A stretch of DNA of 64,000 nucleotides. It comes from Botryllus schlosseri. Lineage: Eukaryota. The position numbers were made by a program, and so were the translations under genes. Numbering within the stretch: position 1 is the stretch's first letter; every line of letters starts with the position of its first letter. The notes under the pieces were generated by a model. It ran no database searches and was not told the DNA's origin. It saw only the letters and a program-made list of their open reading frames with translations. Shown here piece after piece: positions 13,701 to 24,995 of the stretch. The stretch spans positions 1,054,001 to 1,118,000 of the forward strand of contig CM119372.1 of the NCBI GenBank assembly GCA_051294905.1, written 5' to 3'.

Positions 13701-15070
13701 CTTTTGATTGTATTTTTGGAGAGGGTGGTGCCTGGTGCCCATACCAATATCATTATACGTTGCAGTAACTCGCGCGCGGCGCGAATAGCGATTTTGTATA
13801 GCATAAATCTGCTCGAAAATAATATTGTTTATGTTGATTTACGAAAAACTTTTGAGCCTGCTTCAAGCCTCCAAAATTCCGGACATTTAGGCATATTTTA
13901 GAAATTCCTCCCGGACGCAGATTTTTCAGTGAAATTCCGGACATGTCCGGGAAATTCCGGACGTATGGCAACCCTATCATATTTGGACTGCGCCGCAGCG
14001 TTGAGAACCATGTACATGATACTTCCGTAACCGGTCGCCAAATGTTGTTCCGCCATTTATTTCGCGGAAATTTCCGCTGCTTCAACCCAACCGCTTATCA
14101 TTCGGGTGATTATTTTTTGTCACACCAGAATAGTCAAAATTTTGTCAAAATTGTAGCGTGTTAGTTCACAAATTTGTCAAAATTGTTTTTCACAGTCAAA
14201 TTTTCGTCGCGAACTGCATTTCGTTGGTGCCGTAAAGTTTGCACTGTCGGTGAACTTATCATTTGACATTATAACACTTTGAGCCTACTTTATAGGTTTA
14301 CCGTTGTAGGTGGCCCATCGTTTGCTCATTGTGAATCAAAAACCAGCGAATGAAACATAAGTTGACATGGCGCGATGATCTAAAAACGAGTCGAATTTTT
14401 AGTAGGTGCGCAGTTTTTCAAGCTCACGCCGATATCTCAAATCTGAATCTGAAACCTGACTGCAGGGTAGACATTGCCTCTCATAGCGCAGTGGTTCTCC
14501 ACGTTCAGGTGGATCGCGAAATGCGAACAAAACTTAGATTTAGGCTGCGGTATAAACACTGAGCTTCAATCTACGTGCTATAATTGTTGAACCGACGACG
14601 ATTTGGAGGGTTCCAACCTTTTCATATGGCGCAAATCGGCCGTAGGCGCGTACTAGATTTTTTGCGAAACTATATATTTACACAATTATGGCATAATTAT
14701 ACAAATTTAAAAACGAAAAACTATTTTTTCAAACTGCATTTATTAAACCACCCTTTAAAACATGTTCCGAACAAATTGTTTCAAAACATCATTGGTTTTG
14801 AATGCAACTCTATATGCACGCAATATAAGTACCTGCTCGTATGATTCTTATTTCCCTTTTCAATTCGTTGTATTCCTTCCCGTCTTGAACAGATGTCCTC
14901 ACGCAAGTAACAGGATATTCATTTGCGTTCAAACTAGGAGACATCAGTCCGGGATCGCATTTTGCCAGATGACACCCTGGCCGTGCTTTGCATCGCATTT
15001 CCTCGTGTTGATCCGCAGCTGAAATGATCGTCAGTATGCATGACGCGATTATCCCATTCGTCATCCTCAT
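1790..15070 (-). CDS. Secreted fibrinogen-related protein (FREP: signal peptide, Cys-rich N-terminus, coiled coil, fibrinogen C-terminal domain), ~338 aa, 7 exons
   Basis: Exons 15070-14833, 10331-10269, 5922-5860, 3500-3346, 3286-3190, 2664-2568, 2093-1790; all GT-AG and phase-compatible (1017 nt). Translation shows FReD hallmarks: FCDVSDDGGNWT|VFQRRMNGDVGFYRNWDDYVKGFGDLQGDHWLG|LEALHQMT...FSTKDADHD...CASLYEGGWW...SNLNG...SEMKFR. Exon 1 starts with hydrophobic MRMTNGIIASCILTIISA. The four FReD exons are secure; linkage of the three upstream exons is inferred from phase. Confidence 0.85.
6457..7399. mobile_element. hAT-type MITE (CAGTGGTTCCCAACC TIR)
   Basis: TIRs and a perfect 8-bp TSD CACTACGA; contains a nested SINE. 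Confidence 0.85.
6551..6810 (+). mobile_element. tRNA-derived SINE
   Basis: A-box TAGCGCAGTGG and degenerate B-box GGTTTGAGTCC without a full cloverleaf; the body recurs at ~46408-46496. Confidence 0.6.
7878..10063. mobile_element. Large foldback element with ~500-bp inverted arms and nested insertions
   Basis: ~7878-8400 is the reverse complement of ~9545-10063; termini are similar to the 42201 and 59502 foldbacks. Confidence 0.7.
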
Positions 15071-15893
15071 TTCAACAGAGATGGTCAAAGTTGTCGGCGT
15101 TGGTACCGGTACTCGAATCGAAGTAGAATTAACGCTGTAAATTTCTACTTACAAGTATAATATGTAGCGATTTATAAGACGCGTCAAAACTATTTCGAGT
15201 GGAAATGGAAAATGAAGGTATTATAAGTATTTATGAAAATATTTGGTCGAGATATGGCATACTTATAGCGGCTCACTTCTGAAAACGCAGGGAACAACTT
15301 CTCGGATGACGCCAAAATGTCTAATGACAGCACGAATAGCAATAGTTTCCTAACTATACATTCAATTGCTTGATACAAGCGATATTTCGATCCGTTGTGC
15401 TGAAAATTACACACATAAAATCTACCCAAACATATCTCATAGCCTGAGTATGTTACGTGCTAGCACGTAAATTCTACTGGAGTACGCCGAAAAAGTAGAT
15501 GTTCTTCGTCACTAACCACTAGGGATGGTGTGAACCTCTGAAAGGTTGTGGTTGGTGTGAACGCAAATCTTTTTGAAAGGTTCTGTGTGAACGCGAACGT
15601 TAACCTATGACGCCATACTACCAATCCCAACCCTACATGTCCGTAAAGTAATATATTAATGTACATGACGGCTCGGGTCACATTATGCCGCAATTCTGGA
15701 GTACATTCTCACTTTACGCCATCCAATGTGTTCACTGCAACAATCAAATGCTATAATAATTCCACAAAATCTAGATAATACGTCGAGCGAAACACCGCTC
15801 TCTATACTTGCGCCAGATATCATCTCAATATCAATCCTATGGCTGTATCTGCAGTCAATGATCGAGAATGACCGATTTTACCTTCGTTTACAG

Positions 15894-16977
15894 CAGGGGT
15901 GGGCAAACTTTTGAGCTTGCGGGCCGCATTCAACATCGGAATCCTTTCGCGGGCCGCACTATGTAAAATTGGGATTATAAACTCAAACGCAATATTGGTA
16001 TTTGATTATATTGTGAGGACATGTAGATAACATATATGCTTAATTGCTTATTTAAACTATCCAAATATTGCTTTGATGATATCGTACACGCCTCAGAAAC
16101 ATTGGCGAGATTTCATAGTCGACCTCAAATTTGTCGAAACTATAGAGATGAAAGTCGGTTATCCCGATTCTTAGAACACGATTGAAATTTAAACCTGTGA
16201 GCAGCGACGTGCACATAGATTTACCAATTCCACTTTTGGTTCAGCTCATCGACACACAATGCTGACAGCATCATAACCATATAAATAGCCTAATTCTACG
16301 CATACAAAGAACGAATCTACCTAAAACACGCGCGAATCGTTTTTTATAAGCACATCAGTGAAATATTTAAAACTGGAGTGGCCAATCTGAAATCACACCC
16401 GTGATTTTTCAAACTGCGCTGGCCTTGCGATCAGGCTATCGCGCCAGAAATTAAACATAAAAAATAATAATATAGGAAGTATTTACCTTAGTACAGTGGT
16501 TCTCAACGTTTTTAAGACACGCCCCCACCTTGTGATGGTAAAAGATTTGGCGCCCCTCTTATCGTCATATCACCAAACGCAAAGCAAGCCTAACGAATAG
16601 TTTGATGGCACGGAAGGTTACGGATGTGGATGAGAGATTGTTAAATATGAAATTCAGACTAAATACAGAGCAATAATTATGAACGGGGTGTAAATCGCGC
16701 GGAGCGCGAATTTTTTTTCAGTTGAGCTCAGCTTCGCGCCTCCGTTCAGATGCTTTCACGCCCCCAAGGTGGGTGCACCCCACCAGTTTGGGAACAACTG
16801 CCTTAGAATTATCGTGGTGAAATATATAAGAAAAAGTTTAATCAAGTCCCTGCCAATTCGATTTTTAGTACGCATTTTATCAATATTTTTTAACAACTTT
16901 CTTTAGACTCTCGCGGGCCGCACAGAACGGCGTGGAGGGCCGCATGCGGCCCGCGGGCCGTAGTTTGCCCACCCCTG
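15894..16977. mobile_element. hAT-type MITE (CAGGGGTGGGCAAAC TIR) with nested MITE at 16494-16800
   Basis: Perfect 8-bp TSD GTTTACAG. The inner element CAGTGGTTCTCAA...TTGGGAACAACTG has TSD CCTTAG(T/A)A. Confidence 0.85.
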
Positions 16978-17251
16978 GTTTACAGAATTCGCTTGTTACC
17001 TCGCCTTTATATATGCACACTAGGGCTCTTCATAAATGACTTTTTTTCTCAAATCGTACTGGCTACTTGATACCATTGTTAGGTTACCTAATTTAAGCCT
17101 ACACACAAAATTTAGTTCAATTCCAGCCAGTAACTGCTTTGCTACAGGAGAAGAAAGTTTCTATTTATTATATAAAACTAAATAATAAAAAATTCGAAAA
17201 TTTTCTGTTCACCCCATGAAAGTGTTAGGCTGTCTACAGAAACGATGCTCA

Positions 17252-17700
17252 TTTTTTTTTTTTTTTAGGGGTAACCTGGTGGAACCGCAGTAAACCACCA
17301 CCCCGTTACGCTTGTGGCAGCCGCATGGCACCACACCATGTTGCTATTGCCACAAGCGCCTTAATATGTCACTTCTGTGTCGAAAGGACACAGAAGCTCC
17401 AAAGGTTGCTTCTTGTTTGCGTTTCCCTTCATAGTTTCTTCACTTTTCAGGTGCAAACGGCTGTCACAAGCAGGCTTTGGCTGGGGGCGTCTGCGGAGGC
17501 TTGTCCCGCCGCCACCATACTTGTGACTGGGATACTGGCCAGTCAAGCTGACGAGATCCCGGGGGTCGGAGCATGAAGGCCTGACGGCCATACTTCTCCT
17601 TGGTGTGCAAGTGATTGGAAGTATCGGTTGGACCACGAGGGTTTCGCATCGGCCAGCGTCCAGTAAGCCGATGCTTACCTTAATACAACCAAATACTCCA
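17252..17700 (-). mobile_element. 5'-truncated poly(A) non-LTR retroposon insertion
   Basis: T15 tract at the left end and a GC-rich body, flanked by 7-bp TSD ATGCTCA; it interrupts an otherwise contiguous foldback MITE. Confidence 0.75.
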
Positions 17701-17814
17701 ATGCTCACCAAATTTGGTTCAATTCCAACCAGTGGAAGCGGAGTTATTGTCGTCGAAAAATTTAGATTTGAAAAAAATAGTATTTACGGTGAGCACAACT
17801 ATAATAAATAAATA

Positions 17815-19769
17815 AAGAATCGGTCTGCCTCCTGTGTTTGATGACTTTTTCATACCTGCTAAACATGTCCATTCCCATTACACGAGATCCTCGTCTAAAG
17901 GAAACATCTACTTACCCCCACCCAATAGCAACCTAACTAAGAGATCTATCTACTACTCGGGACCTATCATCTGGAATGCATTACCACCACATATCCGTGA
18001 ATTGCCTTATAATAGATTCAAAAAAGCCCTGCTTGATCACCTCTTGTCGTTACACTAACACTGTGGCCCTACCTCGCCCAGACATTGCTTCATTGATCAT
18101 TTGCTACCATTGTTTGATTTTTTTTCTATTTTCCTTTCTTAACTAAACATTTTTTTACAGCCAGACTGTTCAGAGTCAAGTGTACCATGGGCCGTAGCAG
18201 CACTTCGTCAGCCCCCCCCCAAAAAAAACGTTGGTCTCGGGCCCCCATAGGGTGGGAAACCTAACCCCCCTTCGACTATACGCTGTTTACATACGGTGTG
18301 CGCTGTTTCTTCATTGGTTGTCCGTTTAGTGAGTCTGTTCCGCTTGCCTAATTTTGTAATTCACGACTCAATACGTCAATATGACGCTGTTTATACATGG
18401 GATGTCCGTTTAGTGAGTCAGCTTTGCTTGCTTAATCGCGCGAAGCGCGAGAAATTTCTATAATTCATGACTGAATCTGTCAATATGGTCGATATTACTT
18501 ATATATTGCTATCAATTTTTATCCTCTCTCTGCTCCCGTAATCTGATTTACGGGTAGAGCTGAGTAAAGTGTACTTGGAAAGGTAGGACCCCTCAATAAT
18601 AATTGAACATCTCCGGGTGTATACCCGTTGGCAGGAACGAAACAACACTTCGTCAGGCCCCTAAAAAACTTGAGTCTTGGGCTCCCATAGGGTGATAAAC
18701 CGACCCCCCCCCAATCATGTTGTTCGAGTTTGTCACGTAATTACATAGTTGTACAGTTCAGTTAGCCAGCGCTACGCGCGAAAATTTTTGATAATTGATG
18801 ATAAAATCGGTTAATAAGATCGGGAATTGCATATATTTGCTATCAATTTCTTGTCCTCTCTACTCACGAAATCAGATTTACAGGTAGAGCTGAGTGAGAT
18901 GTCTTTGAAACTGTAGAGCCCGTAAATAATAATTAAACATCTTCTGACGGGCGGACTCATTAGTATGACTTCGATCGTTACATGATGTTATTTCGTGACC
19001 TCCTGTCTGCTATATCAAAAAATATAGAAACGCCCAAACGTAGCCTACTAAACTAAAAGATCACACGATTTCAAATTGGTATTTCTTCACTGGCATCTAA
19101 TTTTTCGCTGCGGGATGGTATCTGTCCTATGAGGCTCAGATTACCAAGACAGGAACATTCGGCGCCAGTCATTTAGGCGACTATGGACAAATAAACCTAT
19201 ATGTATTTCGTAGCCTATAGCCTATATAACAAAGTTTTCGGTCACCATAAGGGCATTCCTTTTCTGCCAAGGTTTCTCGCTGCCGATCGTTCTGGCACAC
19301 TTCTTGGAGTCGCGTGTTACATGGCCTAAAACTGTATATGTCTTGGTGCATCGCGGCGCGGTAATGGCCAACGCCGATATGCCCATTTCTATAAATCTTG
19401 TGTATTTTTCACTGGGGTAAGAATACCCAATAATCATAACATTTGGCAACTTGAAATCGCGCGCGGCGCGAAAAATTTGTGAAAATGTTGCATAAAGTTT
19501 CAAAAAATACTCTATAATTTATGCTAATTCACCAAAAAATTTGGGGCCCCCTTCGAGCTCGCCCCCCCCAATTGGGGGGTTTGGGGTGCGGCAGTTACGG
19601 CCCTGAGTGTACCTGTTTGATGCTGGTGTGATCAGACTAGATGACCTTCATGGTCTTATCGATCATTCCTATCTAATACCGAATACTGTGCACGCATATT
19701 TTCTGTACCACCATCACTGCTGTTTGTTATGTATTTTGGTTCGATGAAAATAAAGACTCTCTCTCTCTC
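17815..19769 (+). mobile_element. CR1/L2-group LINE 3' end ((CT)n tail) interrupted by a hAT-type element at 18187-19605
   Basis: HSHYTRSSSKGNIY...SIYYSGPIIWNALPPHIR is a typical post-RT C-terminus; the 3' UTR matches 484-906. The inner element has GGGCCGTA TIRs, TSD AGTGTACC and an internal ~300-400-bp tandem duplication. Confidence 0.75.
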
Positions 19770-21319
19770 AGTTCTCCTGTAACATATTCAGGAAATAAAA
19801 TATTAAACTAGAATTAAAATGAAAGTATAGAAACATTTCACAAATTAGATTAGAATTATAGATTACCGTTATTTCGCTATAATTATAGTTTAATTAGAAT
19901 TATCTAGTTGTCCAAGTCTGCTCGTATATGGTCGTTAGACGCGCGATTTATTATAATCAGATTCCGGACCTAAATCAGAAAATAAACCTTACATTGCCGA
20001 TAATCGCAATTCCTCGTATAATCTGCTCTTATGTTTATTTTTACAAACCATCCGTCACATTCAATTGACGTCAATTCAAGATCGTTGTCAATGTGGCGAA
20101 TTCATCCGCGAAATCTTGTTACTGGCAAGTCACAAGGTTTCGAGTCACAAGTCAATCTTAATTTTTATAGTTTTGACTCGAGTCAAGTCGTGTCATTTTC
20201 AATTCACCACCGAATCAAGTCTAAAGGCGGAGATAATAATGTTGGCTGATCCGGGAGAATGCTAATCATGCGATTAAAAACTGCTAATCGGGACGCATTT
20301 TAGGCGGAGATAATAAAGTTGGCTGATCTGGAAGAATGTGATTAAATACTGCTAATCGCGACGCATAAAGTTGGAAAAGGTTACGCGCGATGGTTGAAGA
20401 GTCCCGAGTTTTCAATCAAGTGGCGTTATCTGTTGCATCATAATGCGAAAACGCGTTATGGGCTATCAGTTGTCAATTTGTCGAATGAAGCATCAGCCTG
20501 CTGACAGCGATGCTGCCACTGTAATAGATCGAATTATCATCATCGCAAAATGAAAGTCGTGTCCAATTCGTACGGTACAGCTAAGAAACGGATTATAGAA
20601 TATTGATATCGCTCTGCAATGGCGGGTACATAATTCGTTGATTGTCTATTGAAGTTATTACCTGGCGACAATTATCGGAAATATTTGTGCGTAGGAATGG
20701 TACGCAGTGTACGCAGTTTTTATAGATAACATTTAACTAGGTATCTATTGTTTGTTCCGGTTTGTTAAATCATGAGAAAAACACTAACTTTATGCGCTGC
20801 GATGAACCGGTCCCCTTAATCCTGGGTTGATAAATCCTGACGAACGCGATAATCGACTTTATTGCTAATCCAACTTTATTATCTTCGCCCTAAGTCAGGG
20901 TTAAAAGGGTCGAGTCGAAGTCATAGTGCTGAGACTTTAGTTCAGGAATCTCAAACGCAAATGTGTTCGCGGGCCAATTTCCTAGTTTTTGATAGCGCCG
21001 CGGGCTGCAGCACCATCAGTAACAGGGGTATACAATATATTCCCAAGTAGGCCTTATTTGACGGGACCTTGCAGACTGGCATTCCACACACACATTGTGA
21101 AAATGTGATGTACTTTTGGGAATTCACGCCAGGCACGAAAATAACACATTTTTATATATTCGAATAAATTCTTGTTGCACTCGGCAGTTTGTCAAAATAA
21201 TTATAGAAGCCATGCGCGAGTACAAATGCATCATGACATCGTAAAAGCTGTATCATTAAAATTTTGCAGCTCGCGGACATTGGCGTGCCACATTTATATA
21301 GTTTGAACATTTTAGAATT

Positions 21320-22030
21320 TACAGCCAACAATACGTTCATATTGCAAATTTATTCCACTCGAAGCTTTTTTACTGACAGACATGCAATTGACCGAGAAGT
21401 ACTTCAAACTCTGCGAAAATCTCCTCACGATTCACGTCATTCGCAGGGATGGCAAAATCGAGCCCATGTGATAACAGAAACTCCTCGGTATCACTTTCTT
21501 ACCGCATAACGATTTACTGCCAAACCTGTTAGCGCTGAGCAATTTAATGTTCCGTTCGTTCTTGGCAGTCATGATCTTTTCTTTGCGTGAGTCGATCTTC
21601 GCCATGTATCGACAAAAGCGAATCAGATCAAAAAACGACAGAAAGTGTACGATCTCCTTCTTTAATTGCGCGCAATGACGAAGTGTTGCACCGAGTGATC
21701 TCATATTACTTTCTATCTCGTCCCGCAGAAATGCACGCTCGATGTTAGGGTTCATTCGTGCCCGTGACTTGTCAATTCTTTTTTTTAGAAACTTAGGAAG
21801 TAGACGCTTGTTCAAGCATGCCTTTAAAAAGGCTATGCTTGACCTCAGATTTCAAACTTTTCCTCGCGTTCTGACCAACTTATTCAATATCTTAATCTGT
21901 TGGTAGCTGTACCTTTTGTGGAAGTACTTAAATAGGCTTTTCGGAGTACAGAACTTCCATATTGCAGCAAACAATATGTTCATAGTGCAAATTTATTCCA
22001 CTCGAAGCTTTTCTACTGGCCCTATCTTCA
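21320..22030 (-). mobile_element. Penelope-like element fragment: pseudo-LTR plus N-terminal ORF (decayed)
   Basis: Reading frame ...KSLFKYFHKRY...RGKV*NLRSSIAFLKACLNKRLLPKFL... contains the FLxxCxxxxLxPKF motif typical of PLE N-termini, with one stop. A ~55-bp direct repeat at 21321-21376 and 21965-22018 gives a pLTR-like duplication. Confidence 0.7.
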
Positions 22031-22035
22031 GGAGT
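22000..22035 (-). ncRNA. Second minimal hammerhead-like motif in a Penelope pLTR
   Basis: Minus strand reads ACTC-CTGAAGA-TAGGGCCAGTA-GAAA-AGCT-TC-GAGT: stem I ACTC/GAGT, intact core boxes, palindromic AAGCTT stem III, weak stem II. Confidence 0.5.
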
Positions 22036-22669
22036 TACCGCCATGAAATGAGGTTAACCAAGTTCGAAATATAGAAAGAATTTTGTCGTTGCGACGTAAT
22101 AATGACAAGTAAACAGAGTAACGGGAGTAAACAACGCACGGTTACGATACACAAAATCAGCTGTAAAACAGCCGAATAACAAAACAACACTAATGGAAGA
22201 TTCCCAGCGTGTAGAGATGTTCCTTCTGGCGACAGAGGATCGTCTTTTGCAGCTTTATGATAGTTGATTCAAGGACCTTTAAATGAAAAAGAGAACGACC
22301 ACGAGCAACTATGGAAAACTGATTGTTATTGTAATGTTTTGCACACTCTGTTTCAAGAGGTGCAGTCCGATGGCCATAATCAATTAATCTTGCATGGTAA
22401 CTAGGGGCCGTGATGATGGTGAAGCCATGTCATCACCCTGTGAATTCCTAATTTGACGAGGGACGTGTTGACGAATTCTTTGTTGCAAGCGCTGAGATGT
22501 GCGACCAACATACCGACTGTTGCATGTTTGCATCGGCATGTATATTACTAAATTAGGTTACTCTGATCATTCGTAGGTAGCACATTGCAATCTTCAGTGT
22601 TCGCTTATATGCAATGATAACCATGCAGGCTTTAGTTCAGTGTTATCGTTTTTACCAGACCAGTGTAGG

Positions 22670-23191
22670 TAGGCTTACCATATTTTGGAAATCTAAAAAG
22701 AGGACACTTTTTCAGAAATTTGCAACATAGCAAAACCGGAATAGAATTCTCAAAACTCAGTGAATTTTTCCCACTTTGAGATCGGTTGACTAAAAAAAAA
22801 AAAGGTCATCTCTTCCGCTCAGAGCTCAAAATACCGTTTTTCTCTCCACATTGCCAGGTGGATGACTAAAAAAAAAAGGTCATCTCTTCCGCTCTGAGCT
22901 CAAAATACCGTTTTTCTCTCCACATTGCCAGGTGGATGACTAAAATAAAAAAAGCTCATCTCTACCCTCAGAGCTAAAATCACCGTTTTTCACTCTGAAA
23001 TACCTGCCGGAGCTTAACTTTTGTGCTAATTTGGGGCATATCACTCGCAATTTGCTCTAAGTCTGACCTAAATTTTCAAAAAAGAGGACAAAATCTCAAT
23101 AAAGAGGACAAAAGGGCGTCCTCCGAGGACACTTTCAAAAAAGTCAAAAAAGAGGACAAATCCTCTTAAAAGAGGACGTATGGTAAGCCTA
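22670..23191. mobile_element. hAT-type MITE (same family) with internal ~75-bp tandem repeats
   Basis: TAGGCTTACCATA TIRs, TSD AGTGTAGG/AGCGTAGG; internal GACTAAAAAAAAAGGTCATCTCTTCCGCTC... unit repeated about three times. Confidence 0.8.
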
Positions 23192-24389
23192 AGCGTAGGC
23201 CTACTCTAAACAGCCTCTGATAAACATGTCGGCGAAATGAACCCGCGCCCAGTTCGTGATTTGGAATCTCAATCAGCCTTGAATTTTGGTGTCTGACTCT
23301 TTCTTAGCTTTAGCTTCACTCTCGTTGTAGAATGTAAACATTCTATTTACATTCTATGCTCTCGTTTTGCCAGACAGAATTGCTGCGTCACTAGGACAGA
23401 CTCGATCACACTGCGAAATTCGAGGCTGATTTTCGGTATTCCAGGACTGAGCAGAATATAATTTACACTTCCGTAATAAGTACAGCAGCAGATTTTCATT
23501 GATACCCGTTTAATCGAATTTAGCGCTCGAAAAGCCGGCCAAAAATGACTGTAAAGTTGCCTTTGGACAAATGGAAAGTATGACGTAATGCAAATGCAGT
23601 GAGCCGTTCAATCTCGCTGTGTCCATCTCCATACCATATCGGACACTATGGTTTGACGATAGTGTCCTATATGGTGTCGACACAAGCAAATCTCACGCCC
23701 CAGTGAAATTGTATCACGTCACAATTTCCATTTGGCTACAGGCAATTTGACGGTCATTTTTGACCGGCTTGCCTAGCATTAAATTTGGTAAAACGGGTAT
23801 CAATCGAAAGCTGACTCTGCACTGATTACGAAAATATAAATTTTATTCCGCTCGTGGCCCTGGAACTCCCACAATCAGCCTCGAATTTTTCATTGTTATG
23901 GAGATTGGCATTGGGACGCAACGATGCCGTTTGGCTCTTTTTCTCTTGGGCTACTCTCTCGTTTCGCCAGAGAGCAAGACAATGAGGTATTGTGAGACAC
24001 GTCATTCCAGGCACCGTATATAATTTCCAGGGAGAGAGAGGCTATATTTTCGTCCAACCAAAATATAACAGATCATGAATGTACTATGCTCTCGGGCGAA
24101 CGTATTTGGAGTACGTATAACCACGGCCTTGGCCGTCTGAGTCTCGAGTCATATGACTTGGTTCGAGTCATGCGCAATGACTCGAGTCCAAGTCGAGTCA
24201 ATACACAGATTGACTCAAGTCAAGTCATCATAAAATCGTGACTCGAGTCGAGTCATAACTCGAGTCATTACAACCCTGCTACGTAACGTAATAATCGGCC
24301 CTTGTCTCGTGAAATAGGCATGATGTGATCAACACGCGGGCCAAGATCAATCTGAATTATGGAGCATTTTGTAGGTTTGTAGAGCTTCT

Positions 24390-24995
24390 TGGAGGTATAA
24401 ATCACATTGGTTTTTACAACACAACACAACTGCTCCCTTCAACACGCAAAGACATGCTTCCTGCACTTCAACAAAGTAATGTAGTGTACGAATATAGGTG
24501 CCACTGTGATTGTGGCTACGTGGGAAGAACGTCAAGACGTCTGCAGGACCGCACAAACCAACATGTCCCCAGATTTATCAGCACACGCTCAGTGAAAAGC
24601 TCACCCTTAACTCATCCACTTAAGATTGATGCTGATCGATCAAAGGCCATTAATTCTGCCATCGGCAAACATCTGTTGGATAATCCGATTTGTGCGAATA
24701 ATTATCGAGACGACCGATTTCGAATCGTAGGGCGAGGCCGCTCACAATTCCATTTGTGTGCCTTGGAATCAACTTTTATCAAAATACACCAACCAAAACT
24801 CTGTCAACAAAAGGAGTTCGTGTACCACCTAAAAATAGTACATTGAACGCTCTCTCTTTCATGCTGGTGAGTGGTGACGTCATATTTTGTGATACGATTG
24901 TTGATATACAATGTTCTTTCCAATTCCCTACTAGTTGCTGACGATTACCCCTGACGAGTGTCAGCCGATAATATTCGGGTTCATTTGAATATACT
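24390..24995 (+). mobile_element. Penelope-like element 3' fragment: GIY-YIG endonuclease plus pLTR
   Basis: SNVVYEYRCHCDCGYVGRTSRRLQDRTNQH...SAIGKHL...LESTFIKIHQPKLC is a PLE-type GIY-YIG domain with CCHH-like residues. It is followed by a hammerhead-like motif at 24937-24981. Confidence 0.85.
24937..24981 (+). ncRNA. Minimal type I hammerhead ribozyme-like motif (probably inactivated copy)
   Basis: ACCC-CTGACGA-GTGTCAGCC-GATA-ATAT-TC-GGGT: stem I ACCC/GGGT, CUGANGA core, palindromic stem III AATATT, UC cleavage site. This copy has GATA where sister copies (26294, 47085 on the minus strand) have GAAA. Confidence 0.6.

Noticed and set aside
22787..22990. Regularly spaced repeats resembling a CRISPR array
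   Set aside because: The 'spacers' are identical tandem units inside a MITE, and the context is eukaryotic with no cas genes.
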